The position numbers and the translations under genes were made by a program. From assembly GCA_024400875.1 (NCBI GenBank), contig JAKSMB010000001.1, forward strand, positions 156,916 to 220,915: a stretch of DNA of 64,000 nucleotides. The letters run 5' to 3'. Shown one piece after another: positions 39,801-49,035 of this stretch (its first letter is position 1; each line of letters opens with the position of its first letter). The notes under the pieces are model-generated. The model was not told where the DNA came from. It did not search any database and saw only the letters and a program-made list of their open reading frames with translations. Source of the DNA: Bacteroidales bacterium. Its GTDB lineage: Bacteria > Bacteroidota > Bacteroidia > Bacteroidales > WCHB1-69.

Positions 39801-41658
39801 GGTAGGTGTTCGCGTGAACGCCTCTGGAACAGATGACAACGTGATTTATCGCAATACCTTTACCAATATGGGTTATGCCGTATATGCCCAGGGTGTCAAT
39901 GGCGGCAGTCGTCCCATAACAGGTCTTGAGGTGAAGTGCAACGAGTTCAGCGGCAACAGCTACGACGTTTACGTAGCCGCTGGCGCCACCATCCGTCCCA
40001 CGCAAGGAAGCAGCCTCGTTTCGGCGGGCAATACTTTCAACAACACGGGCATCAGCTGCCTGTATGCTATGGATGCCAACAACTACCAGTACCTGTACAG
40101 CAGCGGTGCCGGCCAGGCCCCGGTCAGTCACCACAATTTCGCGACCTACCTTAGTGCCCGTGCAAACACTTGTGCATCCACGTTGTGCAATGATGGTCCT
40201 ATCACGCCAAATCCGATCGCATCGGGAGTGGCCACACTTAACGAAGTGGGTAGTGCCTATGCCACCTCCCACGAGGCGGTGCGACAGCTGATGAGCGACA
40301 CGGTGGTGAGTTTGCCGGCTATCAAGGGATGGTACGCCGCCACGCCGGGACTTGCCAGCCGCTATGCAGAGGCGGAAACAGAGTGCCAGATGGCTAATGC
40401 CAATGACGTCATTCTGCAGGATATAGAGGCGGGCAACCATCTTACGGCAGAGCAGCGTGCGGAATACGACAACTACGTTGCTTTCAATACCTTGAAATAC
40501 CAGACAGGTGATTGGATGAATGCCACCCCGCAGCAGATAGAGCAGTTGCAGATCATCGCCGACAACCGTACGGGCCGCTCCTCCGTGATGGCACAGAGCG
40601 TATTGTGCTTCTACTTTGACCTCTGCCAGGAGGAGGACATCCCCGAAGCACGTGAAGATGCCAAATCCGCCCGCTTAAACCTTCAAAGCGAATGGGTGTA
40701 CTGGAGAAAACCTCAAAACCCTAACTATACAGCTGAATACCTAAATTGGGTATATCCTATGTCTAGACGAGTCATAAAAGACACCATTATTAATGATCTT
40801 TTGGGAATTCCTGCTGATTATATTGATAACTGGTTTTATGTTGGAGGAAGCCAACACTGTTATGTTACAGATTTTAAATTACCAACAAACACAGGTGATT
40901 ACAAACCTGTAATCATACTTTCGGATTCAGATAGAGTTTATTATTTTGACCCTTATTATAAAATAGAGGGAGGTTTTTCTCCATTGGAGCAAGGACCTAC
41001 AGTTAGGAACTTCCATCTCCTCTATGATTTTACGTTACAGCCAGGAGATATGTATGTAATACCTGTTTTAATGGGAGGTCCATTTCCATTTGAGGTTGTG
41101 GTTATGGTTGACTCTGTAGGTTGGGAAACTACTTATGGAGACTCTTTGCGTGTTTTATATGTACACGACGCAACCATTGATTTATACAATACGGGAATAA
41201 CGCTTTCTCTCGGAAAAGACAATATGATTCCCTATAAGATAATAGAAAGAATAGGTTCCGAATACTACTTTGTCCCGCAAATGTTAAATTATATATATGG
41301 ACAGGAAGATATTTCAGTGGGGCTTTGCAGTTACAGTGATGAAGAGATGTATTATCAAGCAAATGAAGATAAGTCTTGCGAATTTCCACGACCGGTATCT
41401 ATAGAGGAACATAGCCCATCAGATTATACCATAGGACCCAATCCTACGAATGATAAGGTGACGGTATCCATACAGGAAGGTATGGTTGAAAGTATTCAAT
41501 TGTATGATGTGGTGGGAAGATTAATGTTATCGATGAAACCACAACATACAAACGATATAGAAGTGGACTTATCGCACTTCCCAGAGGGAGTTTACATCCT
41601 GAAGGTGACGATGGACAACAATTGTGTCATTTCTCAGAAGGTGACAAAAATCAGATAA
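36850..41658 (+). CDS. S8 (subtilisin-like) serine peptidase fused to a beta-helix-like region and a type A T9SS CTD
   Basis: Start MKKTILILLTVVLLFPLYAQ. S8 triad contexts VGIVDDGV (Asp), MAHGECVAGIVAA (His), GMTSAAAPMVSG (Ser). The central part is rich in G/N/T/A repeats. CTD: IGPNPTNDKVTV...LYDVVGRL...EGVYILKV. Confidence 0.85.
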   Translation: MKKTILILLTVVLLFPLYAQTGALGSNTGYYVNDNFVSWKVDSTSIILLSDDSYIDSCVLSLSEIFNQENESIVFSDEDNSIVINSRRLLELNVDSLFRTLPNSIFSKITFWDYAKIINGEHIWLRNEVVAKMKNTNSWSRIQNTLSNFVYDTCYKEDDLYVHVLCTNPTELVRIANTLYESGLVEFSEPDFYAEYSQHYNDPLFSQQYYLNNTGQSIISENGHSSDITSNIDIQAPEAWNFISFVSAIDTPKVGIVDDGVEDHEDLKFGNISKVLYGFPMSNHGRPQTLMAHGECVAGIVAATQNNGKGISGVAPNSWIIPIRNQKISYRNGYNYPLILYMNNSRIARGIREAWKDYDVDILNFSWGSLHEISNQITDAIQTALREGRDGKGCVVVASSGNERKTDNINHIAKIPGVIGVGGLMGNGRRGEYSNCSSELSLMAFGGQVVEQDERGNYCDIRTIDREGNNGYNTGNYCTYFGMTSAAAPMVSGVASLMLSVNPELTSTQVKNIMENTAKEWEDYNFSTTSAHPNGSWNAEVGYGLVDAHKAVVHAYEYGYDMKIVGSDELADCDNREYTCDILRPELFTYEWNCSNNLVKVSEDGATAHFMPLAVGVGMVTVNVKQQDEIMFSLNKEVTISSISVNISPVATADFSVTSDATWSASTYLPVEVTVESGSTLTITGTLHCAPTARIIVRPGARLVVDGGTLTGACDNDLWEGIFVEGNPSQHQSANYQGVVELRNGATIENARCAIRTALPGDTIATTGGIILATDAIFRNNARAVEFLPYADHVSATAVRANYSHFSNCTFTVDNDNHFSAAGADFNAHVRLAGVKDVRFTGCSFGNTATNGTNRGRAIFSQNAGFVVGTQCGAPSNMSTSCECPETYATRSTFSGFATAIEAGTSGNQYAVTVNEAQFATNGTAIAINGSSHATITRCDFDLTYIPVQSMRMNAGLYLNACTGYKVEQNDFHKNYNPLLGNNTVGVRVNASGTDDNVIYRNTFTNMGYAVYAQGVNGGSRPITGLEVKCNEFSGNSYDVYVAAGATIRPTQGSSLVSAGNTFNNTGISCLYAMDANNYQYLYSSGAGQAPVSHHNFATYLSARANTCASTLCNDGPITPNPIASGVATLNEVGSAYATSHEAVRQLMSDTVVSLPAIKGWYAATPGLASRYAEAETECQMANANDVILQDIEAGNHLTAEQRAEYDNYVAFNTLKYQTGDWMNATPQQIEQLQIIADNRTGRSSVMAQSVLCFYFDLCQEEDIPEAREDAKSARLNLQSEWVYWRKPQNPNYTAEYLNWVYPMSRRVIKDTIINDLLGIPADYIDNWFYVGGSQHCYVTDFKLPTNTGDYKPVIILSDSDRVYYFDPYYKIEGGFSPLEQGPTVRNFHLLYDFTLQPGDMYVIPVLMGGPFPFEVVVMVDSVGWETTYGDSLRVLYVHDATIDLYNTGITLSLGKDNMIPYKIIERIGSEYYFVPQMLNYIYGQEDISVGLCSYSDEEMYYQANEDKSCEFPRPVSIEEHSPSDYTIGPNPTNDKVTVSIQEGMVESIQLYDVVGRLMLSMKPQHTNDIEVDLSHFPEGVYILKVTMDNNCVISQKVTKIR

Positions 41659-41712
41659 ACTTTTGTGTACATTTGCTTCTGGAAAAATAATAAGAAGAAA
41701 AAACATAAAAGT

Positions 41713-43320
41713 ATGAAATTCAAAAGTTTACTGATGACAGTATGCCTTGGCATACTCTGTATGTTCGTTTACGGACAGGAACAAGAGCAGTTGGTGGGCG
41801 CCAACTGTACCTCCATTATGGTGGGTTGTAAGGCCTCTACCGATGGTTCTGTAATTACTTCACACACCTGCGATAGCAAATACCGTACGTGGGTGACTAT
41901 GGAACCAGCCGCTGACCATAAGGCTGGTGAGATGCACAAAGTGTATAAAGGTACGATGCATACCAGCACCGCAAAAGCTATGGAGGGTATGGAGTTGGCT
42001 GGTGAGATTCCAGAAGTGGCTCACACCTACGCTTATATGAATACGGCCTACCCTTGTATGAATGAAAAGCAACTGGCTATGGGTGAGAGCACGTTCTCTG
42101 GCCCAGACACGCTGGTGAACGAAAAGGGTATGTTCCTGATCGAGGAGTTGCAACGTATCGCATTGCAACGCTGCGACAACTGTCGCGATGCTATTAAACT
42201 CATCGGCGAACTGATTGCAAAATATGGCTACGGCGATGGCGGCGAGTGTATCACGATGGCTGACAAAAAAGAGGTTTGGCAGATGGAAATCTTGGGCGAA
42301 GGTCCGGATAATATCGGCGGTATATGGGTGGCACAACGTGTTCCCGATGATCAAATTGCCGTTAGCTGCAATGTGCCTCGTATCGGTAAAATCGACCGTA
42401 AGAACAAAGAGTATTTTATGTGCTCTGATAATATTGAAAAGGTGGCTAAAAAGTACGGCCTTTGGGATGGCAAAGGTGACTTTGTATGGTACAAGGCTTT
42501 CCCTTCTTCTTACTCCAATGGCAAAAACTTCAAAGAACGTGAATGGTATATCTTCAGTCAATTGGCTCCATCCCAAAACTTTAAGTTGGATGCTGATGAA
42601 CTCCCATTCTCTATCAAACCAGATAGCAAAGTGTCTGCTGAACGTGTAATGGAACTCTTCCGCGCAACCTATGAAGGTTGTCCAGAACTGGATCAAATCA
42701 AAGATCTTGTGATCACGAGAAATCGTAAAAATGAGGCTGGCGAAATCGTTACCGATACGGTTATTTGTCCGAATGCCAACCCCTGGATGGATGGCAACGA
42801 GCGCGCTCTTTATAATATGTTGAAACCAGGTTTGATTACGTTCTATCGTGGCGTGGCCATGTCGTGGTGTTCTTATAGCACGGTTATCCAATGTCGTTCT
42901 TGGTTACCTGATGAGGTAGGCGGTTTGTGCTGGTTCTCTTTGGAAAACCCAGGACAGAGTCCACGTATTCCGGTTTATGCAGGTGCAACCAAGATGCCGG
43001 CAGGTTTCAACGTGTGTGGTCACTTTGGATACAACGAAAATGCCGCTTTGTGGCACTATCGCAAGGCCAACAAACTTGCGCAAGTACGTTGGGGTAGAAC
43101 GAAAGATATGATGTTAGGAAATGTTAAACGCTACGAAGATAAGGCCTGCAGCGAATTGCCTGTATTGGAAAAACAGGTGATAGGTCTGTTGAATGCCGAC
43201 AAGAAGGATGAAGCTGTAAAGGTGCTCAACCAATACACTTCCGACTTCGCTGGTGCAACCCGTCAAACCTGGCAAGAGATGGAACATAAATTCTGGGAGA
43301 TGTTCTGGACCGGTTTCTAA
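41713..43320 (+). CDS. C69-family dipeptidase
   Basis: Start MKFKSLLMTV (signal peptide). The nucleophile context is GANCTSIMVG. About 535 aa. Confidence 0.8.
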   Translation: MKFKSLLMTVCLGILCMFVYGQEQEQLVGANCTSIMVGCKASTDGSVITSHTCDSKYRTWVTMEPAADHKAGEMHKVYKGTMHTSTAKAMEGMELAGEIPEVAHTYAYMNTAYPCMNEKQLAMGESTFSGPDTLVNEKGMFLIEELQRIALQRCDNCRDAIKLIGELIAKYGYGDGGECITMADKKEVWQMEILGEGPDNIGGIWVAQRVPDDQIAVSCNVPRIGKIDRKNKEYFMCSDNIEKVAKKYGLWDGKGDFVWYKAFPSSYSNGKNFKEREWYIFSQLAPSQNFKLDADELPFSIKPDSKVSAERVMELFRATYEGCPELDQIKDLVITRNRKNEAGEIVTDTVICPNANPWMDGNERALYNMLKPGLITFYRGVAMSWCSYSTVIQCRSWLPDEVGGLCWFSLENPGQSPRIPVYAGATKMPAGFNVCGHFGYNENAALWHYRKANKLAQVRWGRTKDMMLGNVKRYEDKACSELPVLEKQVIGLLNADKKDEAVKVLNQYTSDFAGATRQTWQEMEHKFWEMFWTGF

Positions 43321-43346
43321 CGGAAATTACCCCAAAAATATATATG

Positions 43347-43379
43347 TAGAGACGTGGCACGCCACGTCTCTATTTTTTT
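43347..43379 (+). terminator. Rho-independent terminator (GTAGAGACG-type palindrome, copy 4)
   Basis: tagagacgtgg-cacg-ccacgtctcta forms an 11-bp perfect stem followed by TTTTTTT. Confidence 0.85.
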
Positions 43380-43466
43380 AATTGGTGTCCGATAAAAGTT
43401 GAAAATAGCAAAACAAACATAGACATTCTTGGGTTGACTTCAAAAACGGAATCTGCCTTTTTTTAG

Positions 43467-43630
43467 GCAATGATATACGTGTTGGCAGTACGGGTCGCCA
43501 TTGCCGCTACAGATTGCGCAATCCTAACGGATTGCACCCCCGCAACCGCAAATTCACGCCGCATTTACGCTCTTCGCACGCAACGCATAGGATAATTTCT
43601 GAATATAATTTCTGCTAATTTCTGGAAAAG
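43467..43630 (-). repeat. Dispersed ~165-bp repeat family, copy C (inverted)
   Basis: Its reverse complement aligns with 31061-31226 at about 95% identity by eye. Confidence 0.85.
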
Positions 43631-43687
43631 CCCAAATCCAAATACATCGCAGGTTATGCCATCTTGTATATCGTTACCATAATTTTT

Positions 43688-44137
43688 TTACTGTTGTGCG
43701 CTATCGATGAGGATGGTTACGGGACCATCGTTGATGAAATCCACCTGCATATCGGCGCCAAATTGGCCGGTTTCCACTTGCAGTCCGTAGGTTTTGCGGA
43801 GTGTTTCATTGAAGTAGTCGTAGAGCGGATTGGCGAGTTCGGGGCGGGCGGCGTTGATGAAGCTGGGACGGTTGCCCTTGCGGGTGTCGCCGTAAAGCGT
43901 GAATTGTGAAATGCTCAGAATGGAACCGTTAACATCTTTTAACGCCAGGTTCATCTTGCCTTCTGCATCGTTGAATACGCGCATGTTGGCCACTTTCTTG
44001 GCAATGTAGTCGGCGTCGCGTTCACTGTCTTCGTGGGTGATGCCCACCAACAGCAGAAAACCTGTGCCGATTTTGCCGTACACTTGATTGTCGATTCGAA
44101 CTTCAGCTCGACTGCAGCGTTGTACTATTACTCGCAT
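43688..44137 (-). CDS. dtd: D-aminoacyl-tRNA deacylase
   Basis: MRVI(V)QR........(V)..(Q)..G.IG.G(F)L(L)L(V)G(I), SQFTLYGD and NDGPVT motifs. 149 aa. Confidence 0.93.
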   Translation of the reverse strand: MRVIVQRCSRAEVRIDNQVYGKIGTGFLLLVGITHEDSERDADYIAKKVANMRVFNDAEGKMNLALKDVNGSILSISQFTLYGDTRKGNRPSFINAARPELANPLYDYFNETLRKTYGLQVETGQFGADMQVDFINDGPVTILIDSAQQ

Positions 44138-44143
44138 AGTTGT

Positions 44144-44737
44144 TTATTTCTTGTCTGTTTTCTTTTCAACGGAGAATCCGAATTTGCCTAAGATCTTGCC
44201 AAGGTCGTAGTAGTGGCCGTGCGAGTAGGTGACGAGGTTGGCGCGTTGCAGTTCCAAGGCGTCTGTCTTGAAGTTGAAGAGGTTGTCTTTGACGTGAACG
44301 GCCACGATCTCGGCTAAAAACATATCGTGTGATCCGAGGGGAATGACTTGCGTAACCTTGCATTCTAAGTTGACGGGGCACTCGTCGATCATTGGGGCAC
44401 TTATCTTGGTGGCCCGCACGGGTGTTAATCCCGTTTCAAAAAACTTGTTGTACTTCTTGCCTGAGCGTACTCCACACCAGTCGGCAATAGGGGTCAAGTC
44501 TTTGTTTACCAGATTGATGACAAACTCGCCGCTTTCCTTGATCAGTTTGTAGGAGTGGCGTTCTGGACGCACGGAGATGTAGCACATTGGTGGATCGGAG
44601 CAGATGGTGCCCGTCCAGGCTATGGTGATAATATTATATTCGTCGAGGGTGCTGCCGCAGGATACCATCACGACAGGTGCGGGATTGAGCATATTGCCTC
44701 CACGCATAGTTCGTTTGCCAGTTTTCTTCATAGCCAT
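44144..44737 (-). CDS. Flavin reductase-like (FMN-binding split-barrel) protein
   Basis: P.PVV(M)VS......YNI(I)T(I)AW.G.....PP......RP.R.S..LI pattern. The start is uncertain: Met codons at 44737, 44731, 44707 and 44692. Confidence 0.7.
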   Translation of the reverse strand: MAMKKTGKRTMRGGNMLNPAPVVMVSCGSTLDEYNIITIAWTGTICSDPPMCYISVRPERHSYKLIKESGEFVINLVNKDLTPIADWCGVRSGKKYNKFFETGLTPVRATKISAPMIDECPVNLECKVTQVIPLGSHDMFLAEIVAVHVKDNLFNFKTDALELQRANLVTYSHGHYYDLGKILGKFGFSVEKKTDKK

Positions 44738-44759
44738 TGTTTCGAGTGGTTTGATGATT

Positions 44760-44794
44760 AAAAAATGGGCGTGTTAAAATCTATTAACACGCCC
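44760..44794 (-). terminator. Rho-independent terminator downstream of the usp gene
   Basis: gggcgtgttaa-N6-ttaacacgccc, followed on the minus strand by a T-run. Confidence 0.75.
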
Positions 44795-44819
44795 TATGTA
44801 TTTGTAGTGTTACGCTTAA

Positions 44820-45665
44820 TTATTTAGCAACAGAGAATGCGTTTTTGTTAGGGATGATGAGCAACGGCATTGGGCAGGTACTCAAGATCTGACGCATGTT
44901 GTGAGATGCGGTGAAGTCGGTTTCTTGTTCTTCACGCATAATGGTGATCAGGTTTGCATCCACTTCTTTCGCATGTTTCAAGATGGTGTTACATACGTCG
45001 TTGTTTACGTTCATGTTTTCAACGATGTAACGAACGTTTGCTTCGTCGCACATGTCGGCAGCGTGACGCAACTGTACATTGATGATGTGTCGTGTTTCAG
45101 CACTATTAGGATAGTTTACGCCGAACAAGTGGATTTGTGCTGCGAAGTACTTAGCCAACTTGATGGTCATTCTCATCTTCTGCAGTGTTTCAAAACTGAG
45201 GTCGATAGGAACGAAAATCTTGATAAGGTCGCGGGTGATTTGGATGTTCTCACGCATGATGAGCACAGGAACGTTAGCGTCGTTGATCAGACGGAAGGCG
45301 TTGTTGCCGATGTAGCCTTCTTCGAAGCCGGAAGCACCGTGTGCACCCATGACGATGATGGAATCTGGAAGATTGTTAGCGTAATGGGTAACGGCAGTGT
45401 GAACCTTGCCTTCCAGGATTACGCTGTTAACGTGACTTTCAGGAGATTCGTCCTTGCAAAGCTTTACCCATTCTTGCATTCTTGTCTGAACGTGGTTGAG
45501 GTAAGCGGAGTCGTCTTCCATCTCTTCGGAATTGTGCTTAACACCAGGGGTTTTAACCCATACCAGGTGCAGAGTGGCTTTGGAACGAATAGCCATGGAA
45601 ACGGCATGACGCATAGCCGTCATGGCGCTGTTGGAAAAGTCGATACCGACAACAATGTTTTTCAT
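44820..45665 (-). CDS. Tandem universal stress protein (UspA family)
   Basis: Two Usp-like halves: MKNIVVGIDFS..S..A...A and (I)(I)VMGAHG.SG. 281 aa. Confidence 0.75.
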   Translation of the reverse strand: MKNIVVGIDFSNSAMTAMRHAVSMAIRSKATLHLVWVKTPGVKHNSEEMEDDSAYLNHVQTRMQEWVKLCKDESPESHVNSVILEGKVHTAVTHYANNLPDSIIVMGAHGASGFEEGYIGNNAFRLINDANVPVLIMRENIQITRDLIKIFVPIDLSFETLQKMRMTIKLAKYFAAQIHLFGVNYPNSAETRHIINVQLRHAADMCDEANVRYIVENMNVNNDVCNTILKHAKEVDANLITIMREEQETDFTASHNMRQILSTCPMPLLIIPNKNAFSVAK

Positions 45666-45709
45666 ATCAGTTGGTTTTTATTAATAATCGTAAATTTATT
45701 TAGCGAAGC

Positions 45710-47188
45710 TTATCTGGATTCGTGAGAATAGTTAGGGGCTTCGTTGGTGATGGTGATGTCGTGAGGATGGCTTTCGAGAACACCAGCGTTGGTGATGCGG
45801 CAGAAGCGAGCTTTGTGAAGTTCTTCAACCGTGTGAGCGCCACAATAGCCCATACCAGCACGGAGACCGCCAGCCATTTGATAGATGACTTCAAACAGGT
45901 CGCCTTTGTAAGGAACACGGCCTACGATACCTTCGGGAACGAGTTTCTTGGCATCGTCAACGTCGCTTTGCATATAGCGGTCTTTAGAACCGTGTTGCAT
46001 AGCTTCGAGAGAGCCCATACCTCTGTAGGTCTTAAACTTACGACCATTGAAGAGGATAGTGGTGCCAGGAGATTCTTCCACGCCGGCAAGCAAGCCGCCC
46101 AGCATGACGGAGCTACCGCCAGCGGCCAAAGCTTTCACGATGTCGCCAGAATAGCGGATACCGCCATCGGCAATCAACGGAATATTATAGGATTCAAGGG
46201 CTTTGTAAACGTCGTAAACGGCGCTCAATTGAGGAACGCCTACGCCAGCAACGACACGGGTGGTGCATATGGAACCCGGTCCGATGCCTACTTTCACAGC
46301 ATCTGCGCCGCCGTCAGCCAGCATCTTGGCTGCTTCGCCGGTTGCGATGTTGCCAACTACAACGTCCACGTTGCTGAAGTGCGATTTAACGTCTCTCAAC
46401 ACGTTAACAACGTTCTGAGAATGACCGTGAGCGCAGTCGAGTACCAGGGCGTCAACGCCAGCTTCTACCAATGCTTCGGCACGTTGCAACGCATCTTGGG
46501 TGATGCCCACGCCAGCAGCTACGCGCAATCGACCTTGTGCATCTTTGCAAGCGTATGGTTTATTTTTTGCCTTTGTGATATCTTTGTAGGTGATCAAGCC
46601 TAATAATGTGCCATCTTCTGCAACTACTGGGAGTTTTTCAATCTTGTGCTGTTGCAAGATATCGGTGGCTTGATAAAGGTCGGTATCGCGAGACGTGGTG
46701 ATGAGGTTTTCTTTCGTCATAACCAGGTCGATAACCTTGTTAGGGTCTCTTTCAAAGCGAAGGTCACGGTTGGTGACAATACCGATAAGTTTGTTGTTTT
46801 TATCTACTACAGGGATGCCGCCGATGTGGAATTCAGCCATCATCTGAAGAGCGTCTCCTACGGTTTTGTCAGCGGTGATGGTGACAGGAGCATTGATCAT
46901 ACCGTTTTCAGCTCTCTTAACGGAGGCAACTTGCTTGGCCTGTTCAGCGATGCTCATATTTTTGTGGATAACACCAATACCACCTTCACGAGCGATAGCG
47001 ATGGCCAACTTGGCTTCCGTAACGGTATCCATAGCAGCGGATACGAACGGGAGGTTCAAGTTGATGTTGCGTGTGAAGCGTGTTTGTAAGCTGACATCGC
47101 GAGGTAAAACGTTGGAGTAGGATGGGATCAACAATACATCATCAAATGTCAATCCGTCTAAGGCTATTCTATCTGTAATAAAAGACAT
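45710..47188 (-). CDS. guaB: IMP dehydrogenase
   Basis: LTFDDVLL(I)P, tandem CBS insert, catalytic loop [18 protein letters not shown]. 492 aa. Confidence 0.97.
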   Translation of the reverse strand: MSFITDRIALDGLTFDDVLLIPSYSNVLPRDVSLQTRFTRNINLNLPFVSAAMDTVTEAKLAIAIAREGGIGVIHKNMSIAEQAKQVASVKRAENGMINAPVTITADKTVGDALQMMAEFHIGGIPVVDKNNKLIGIVTNRDLRFERDPNKVIDLVMTKENLITTSRDTDLYQATDILQQHKIEKLPVVAEDGTLLGLITYKDITKAKNKPYACKDAQGRLRVAAGVGITQDALQRAEALVEAGVDALVLDCAHGHSQNVVNVLRDVKSHFSNVDVVVGNIATGEAAKMLADGGADAVKVGIGPGSICTTRVVAGVGVPQLSAVYDVYKALESYNIPLIADGGIRYSGDIVKALAAGGSSVMLGGLLAGVEESPGTTILFNGRKFKTYRGMGSLEAMQHGSKDRYMQSDVDDAKKLVPEGIVGRVPYKGDLFEVIYQMAGGLRAGMGYCGAHTVEELHKARFCRITNAGVLESHPHDITITNEAPNYSHESR

Positions 47189-47214
47189 AATTATTATTGT
47201 TTTTTTATTACGTG

Positions 47215-47222
47215 CAAAAATA
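47215..47222 (-). promoter_or_regulatory. -7 promoter box TATTTTTG (guaB)
   Basis: Reverse complement of caaaaata, about 27 nt upstream of the guaB ATG. Confidence 0.5.
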
Positions 47223-47258
47223 GTAAAAAATAAGCAATGAATAGAGGAGAAAAATCAT

Positions 47259-47266
47259 TATTTTTG
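47259..47266 (+). promoter_or_regulatory. -7 promoter box TATTTTTG (ridA)
   Basis: About 50 nt upstream of the ridA ATG. It is divergent from the guaB promoter. Confidence 0.45.
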
Positions 47267-47316
47267 CTCATCTTTAAGATATATATTCATTTAACTAATA
47301 ATCAAAACTTTACAAA

Positions 47317-47691
47317 ATGAAAAACGTTATTCACACTGAAAATGCTCCTGCAGCAATCGGTCCTTACAGCCAAGCAATCGAAGCTAATGGTATGTTGTTC
47401 ATCTCTGGTCAGATTCCAGTAAACCCTGCTAATGGCGAGGTTCCAGAAGGTATTACTGCTCAAACAGAGCAAGTTATGAAAAACATTGAAGCTATCCTTA
47501 CCGAAGCTGGTTATACTTTCGACAATGTGGTAAAAACGACTTGTTTGTTGAGCGACATCGCAAATTTCGGCGCAATGAACGAAGTTTATGCTAAATATTT
47601 TACCGTAAATCCTCCTGCACGTGCTGCCTTCGCTGTACGCGATCTTCCTAAAGGTGTGATGGTGGAAATTGAGTCTATAGCAGTAAAATAA
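47317..47691 (+). CDS. ridA: RidA/YjgF-family reactive intermediate (enamine/imine) deaminase
   Basis: AP.AIGPYSQA......(L)F(I)SGQ(I)P..P. 124 aa. Confidence 0.92.
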   Translation: MKNVIHTENAPAAIGPYSQAIEANGMLFISGQIPVNPANGEVPEGITAQTEQVMKNIEAILTEAGYTFDNVVKTTCLLSDIANFGAMNEVYAKYFTVNPPARAAFAVRDLPKGVMVEIESIAVK

Positions 47692-47713
47692 TTTTATCGC
47701 ATACCAAAACAGA

Positions 47714-47744
47714 AAGGATGACTGATTCAAGGTCATCCTTTTTT
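47714..47744 (+). terminator. Rho-independent terminator of ridA
   Basis: aaggatgac-N9-gtcatcctt followed by TTTT. Confidence 0.8.
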
Positions 47745-47756
47745 GTGTCATTATGT

Positions 47757-47787
47757 AAAAAAAAAAGCGCGGCCACTTGGTCGCGCT
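47757..47787 (-). terminator. Rho-independent terminator downstream of tRNA-Lys
   Basis: On the minus strand, agcgcg-N10-cgcgct is followed by T9-10. Confidence 0.75.
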
Positions 47788-47863
47788 TGGTGTCTCAGCT
47801 GGGATTCGAACCCAGGACCCCATCCTTAAAAGGGATGTGCTCTACCTGCTGAGCTACTGGGAC
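47788..47863 (-). tRNA. tRNA-Lys (anticodon UUU), CCA encoded
   Basis: Minus strand: GTCCCAG-TA-GCTC-AGCAGGTA-GAGC-A-CATCC-CTTTTAA-GGATG-GGGTC-CTGGG-TTCGAAT-CCCAG-CTGAGAC-A-CCA. It forms a cloverleaf with a TTCGAAT T-loop. The acceptor stem has one C4-A69 mismatch. Confidence 0.88.
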
Positions 47864-47884
47864 ATCCTTCTCGTTTCGAGGTTG

Positions 47885-47892
47885 CAAAAGTA
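47885..47892 (-). promoter_or_regulatory. -7 promoter box TACTTTTG with an upstream TTTG (-33) for tRNA-Lys
   Basis: The minus strand reads ctgTTTGacacgtgtaaaaaaaagtgTACTTTTGcaacc, ending about 21 nt upstream of tRNA position 1. Confidence 0.6.
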
Positions 47893-48188
47893 CACTTTTT
47901 TTTACACGTGTCAAACAGATTTATAATATTTTTTCATTTTTTACTATAAAATATTGATAATGACAATGATACATTATTTTTTCTAAAACTTCGTCTTGAG
48001 GTGAAAAATATGATGAAAAAAGTTTATCTTGCGTTTAATAGTTTGATAACAAATGTGTTAAATAATGATGCATATTTCTTCTACCATTTTGTCACAAAGT
48101 GAGGGAAAAGTGCAGAAAAGTATCAAGAAAACGCAATTTGTCAAAAAATGAACTCAAAAAACCGCAAGCAATACTAATACGAAGAAAG

Positions 48189-48416
48189 ATGAAAAAGTTG
48201 ACAATTACCCCGCAGAAAGACACCATCACCATCTGTTTGCCGCCCGAGTGGGTGGGGAAGCCACTGGTATGTATTTTTAAGGAATTATATGAACAGGAAG
48301 AGACAGAAATAGTAACCGAAGTAAGTGAAGCCGCCGCTTGTTATCGTTCGAAACGTTTTGGAAAAGCCTCGTCACGAGTGCCGCGTACGGATCACCGACT
48401 TCGGAAACGTATGTAG
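48189..48416 (+). CDS. Small hypothetical protein (75 aa)
   Basis: ATG-initiated ORF MKKLTITPQKDTITICLPPEWVGKPLVCIFKELYEQEE... No promoter box or family motif was recognised. Confidence 0.3.
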   Translation: MKKLTITPQKDTITICLPPEWVGKPLVCIFKELYEQEETEIVTEVSEAAACYRSKRFGKASSRVPRTDHRLRKRM

Positions 48417-48423
48417 TCTTTTT

Positions 48424-49035
48424 TTAGTGTAAGTTCGCGCCAATAAGGTGCATGAACTCTTGACGTGTATTTTCGTTTTTCAGGAAAGCACCCGTAAACT
48501 CAGAGGTGGTAGTTACGGAGTTCTGCTTTTGGATTCCGCGCATCGACATACAGAGGTGCTGGGCTTCGATAACGACTGCCACACCGATAGGATTCAGCAC
48601 TTCTTGAATGCAGTCCTTGATTTGCGTGGTGAGACGTTCTTGCAGTTGCAAACGACGAGCGTAGCATTCTACGACGCGTGGTATCTTGCTGAGTCCGCAA
48701 ATCGTTCCGTTAGGAATGTAGCCGATGTGTGCCTTGCCGAAGAATGGCAACAGATGATGTTCGCATAAAGAGTAGATCTCGATATCTTTTACGATGACAA
48801 TCTGTTTGTAGTCTTCGTGGAACAAAGCGCTCTCCAGGATTTTTTTCGGATCCTGGCGGTAGCCGTGTGTCAGGTAATCCAATGATTTGGCCGCACGCAT
48901 TGGGGTTTTTATCAAACCTTCACGCTTAGGGTCTTCACCAATGTGCTCCAATATGTTGCAATAGTTGTCAGCTATGATGTTCAACTCGTTTTCTGGCAGT
49001 TGAGGGATAGATTTGAGGTTGTCGGTATTTTCCAT
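48424..49035 (-). CDS. folE: GTP cyclohydrolase I
   Basis: REGL..TP.R, the CEHHLLPF zinc-site motif and (I)EA.H.CM..RG. Confidence 0.95.
   Translation of the reverse strand: MENTDNLKSIPQLPENELNIIADNYCNILEHIGEDPKREGLIKTPMRAAKSLDYLTHGYRQDPKKILESALFHEDYKQIVIVKDIEIYSLCEHHLLPFFGKAHIGYIPNGTICGLSKIPRVVECYARRLQLQERLTTQIKDCIQEVLNPIGVAVVIEAQHLCMSMRGIQKQNSVTTTSEFTGAFLKNENTRQEFMHLIGANLH

Noticed and set aside
39430-40440. Long alternative-frame and antisense ORFs in the ORF track. Examples: 39430..40440 (336 aa), 38526..39053, 41860..42891, 30075..30845, 31397..32155, 33409..34230, 24372..25193, 45722..46603 and 50185..51012.
   Set aside because: Each lies entirely inside a well-supported gene on the other strand or frame. 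None has recognisable motifs. They cluster where G+C is high or codon bias keeps shadow frames open.
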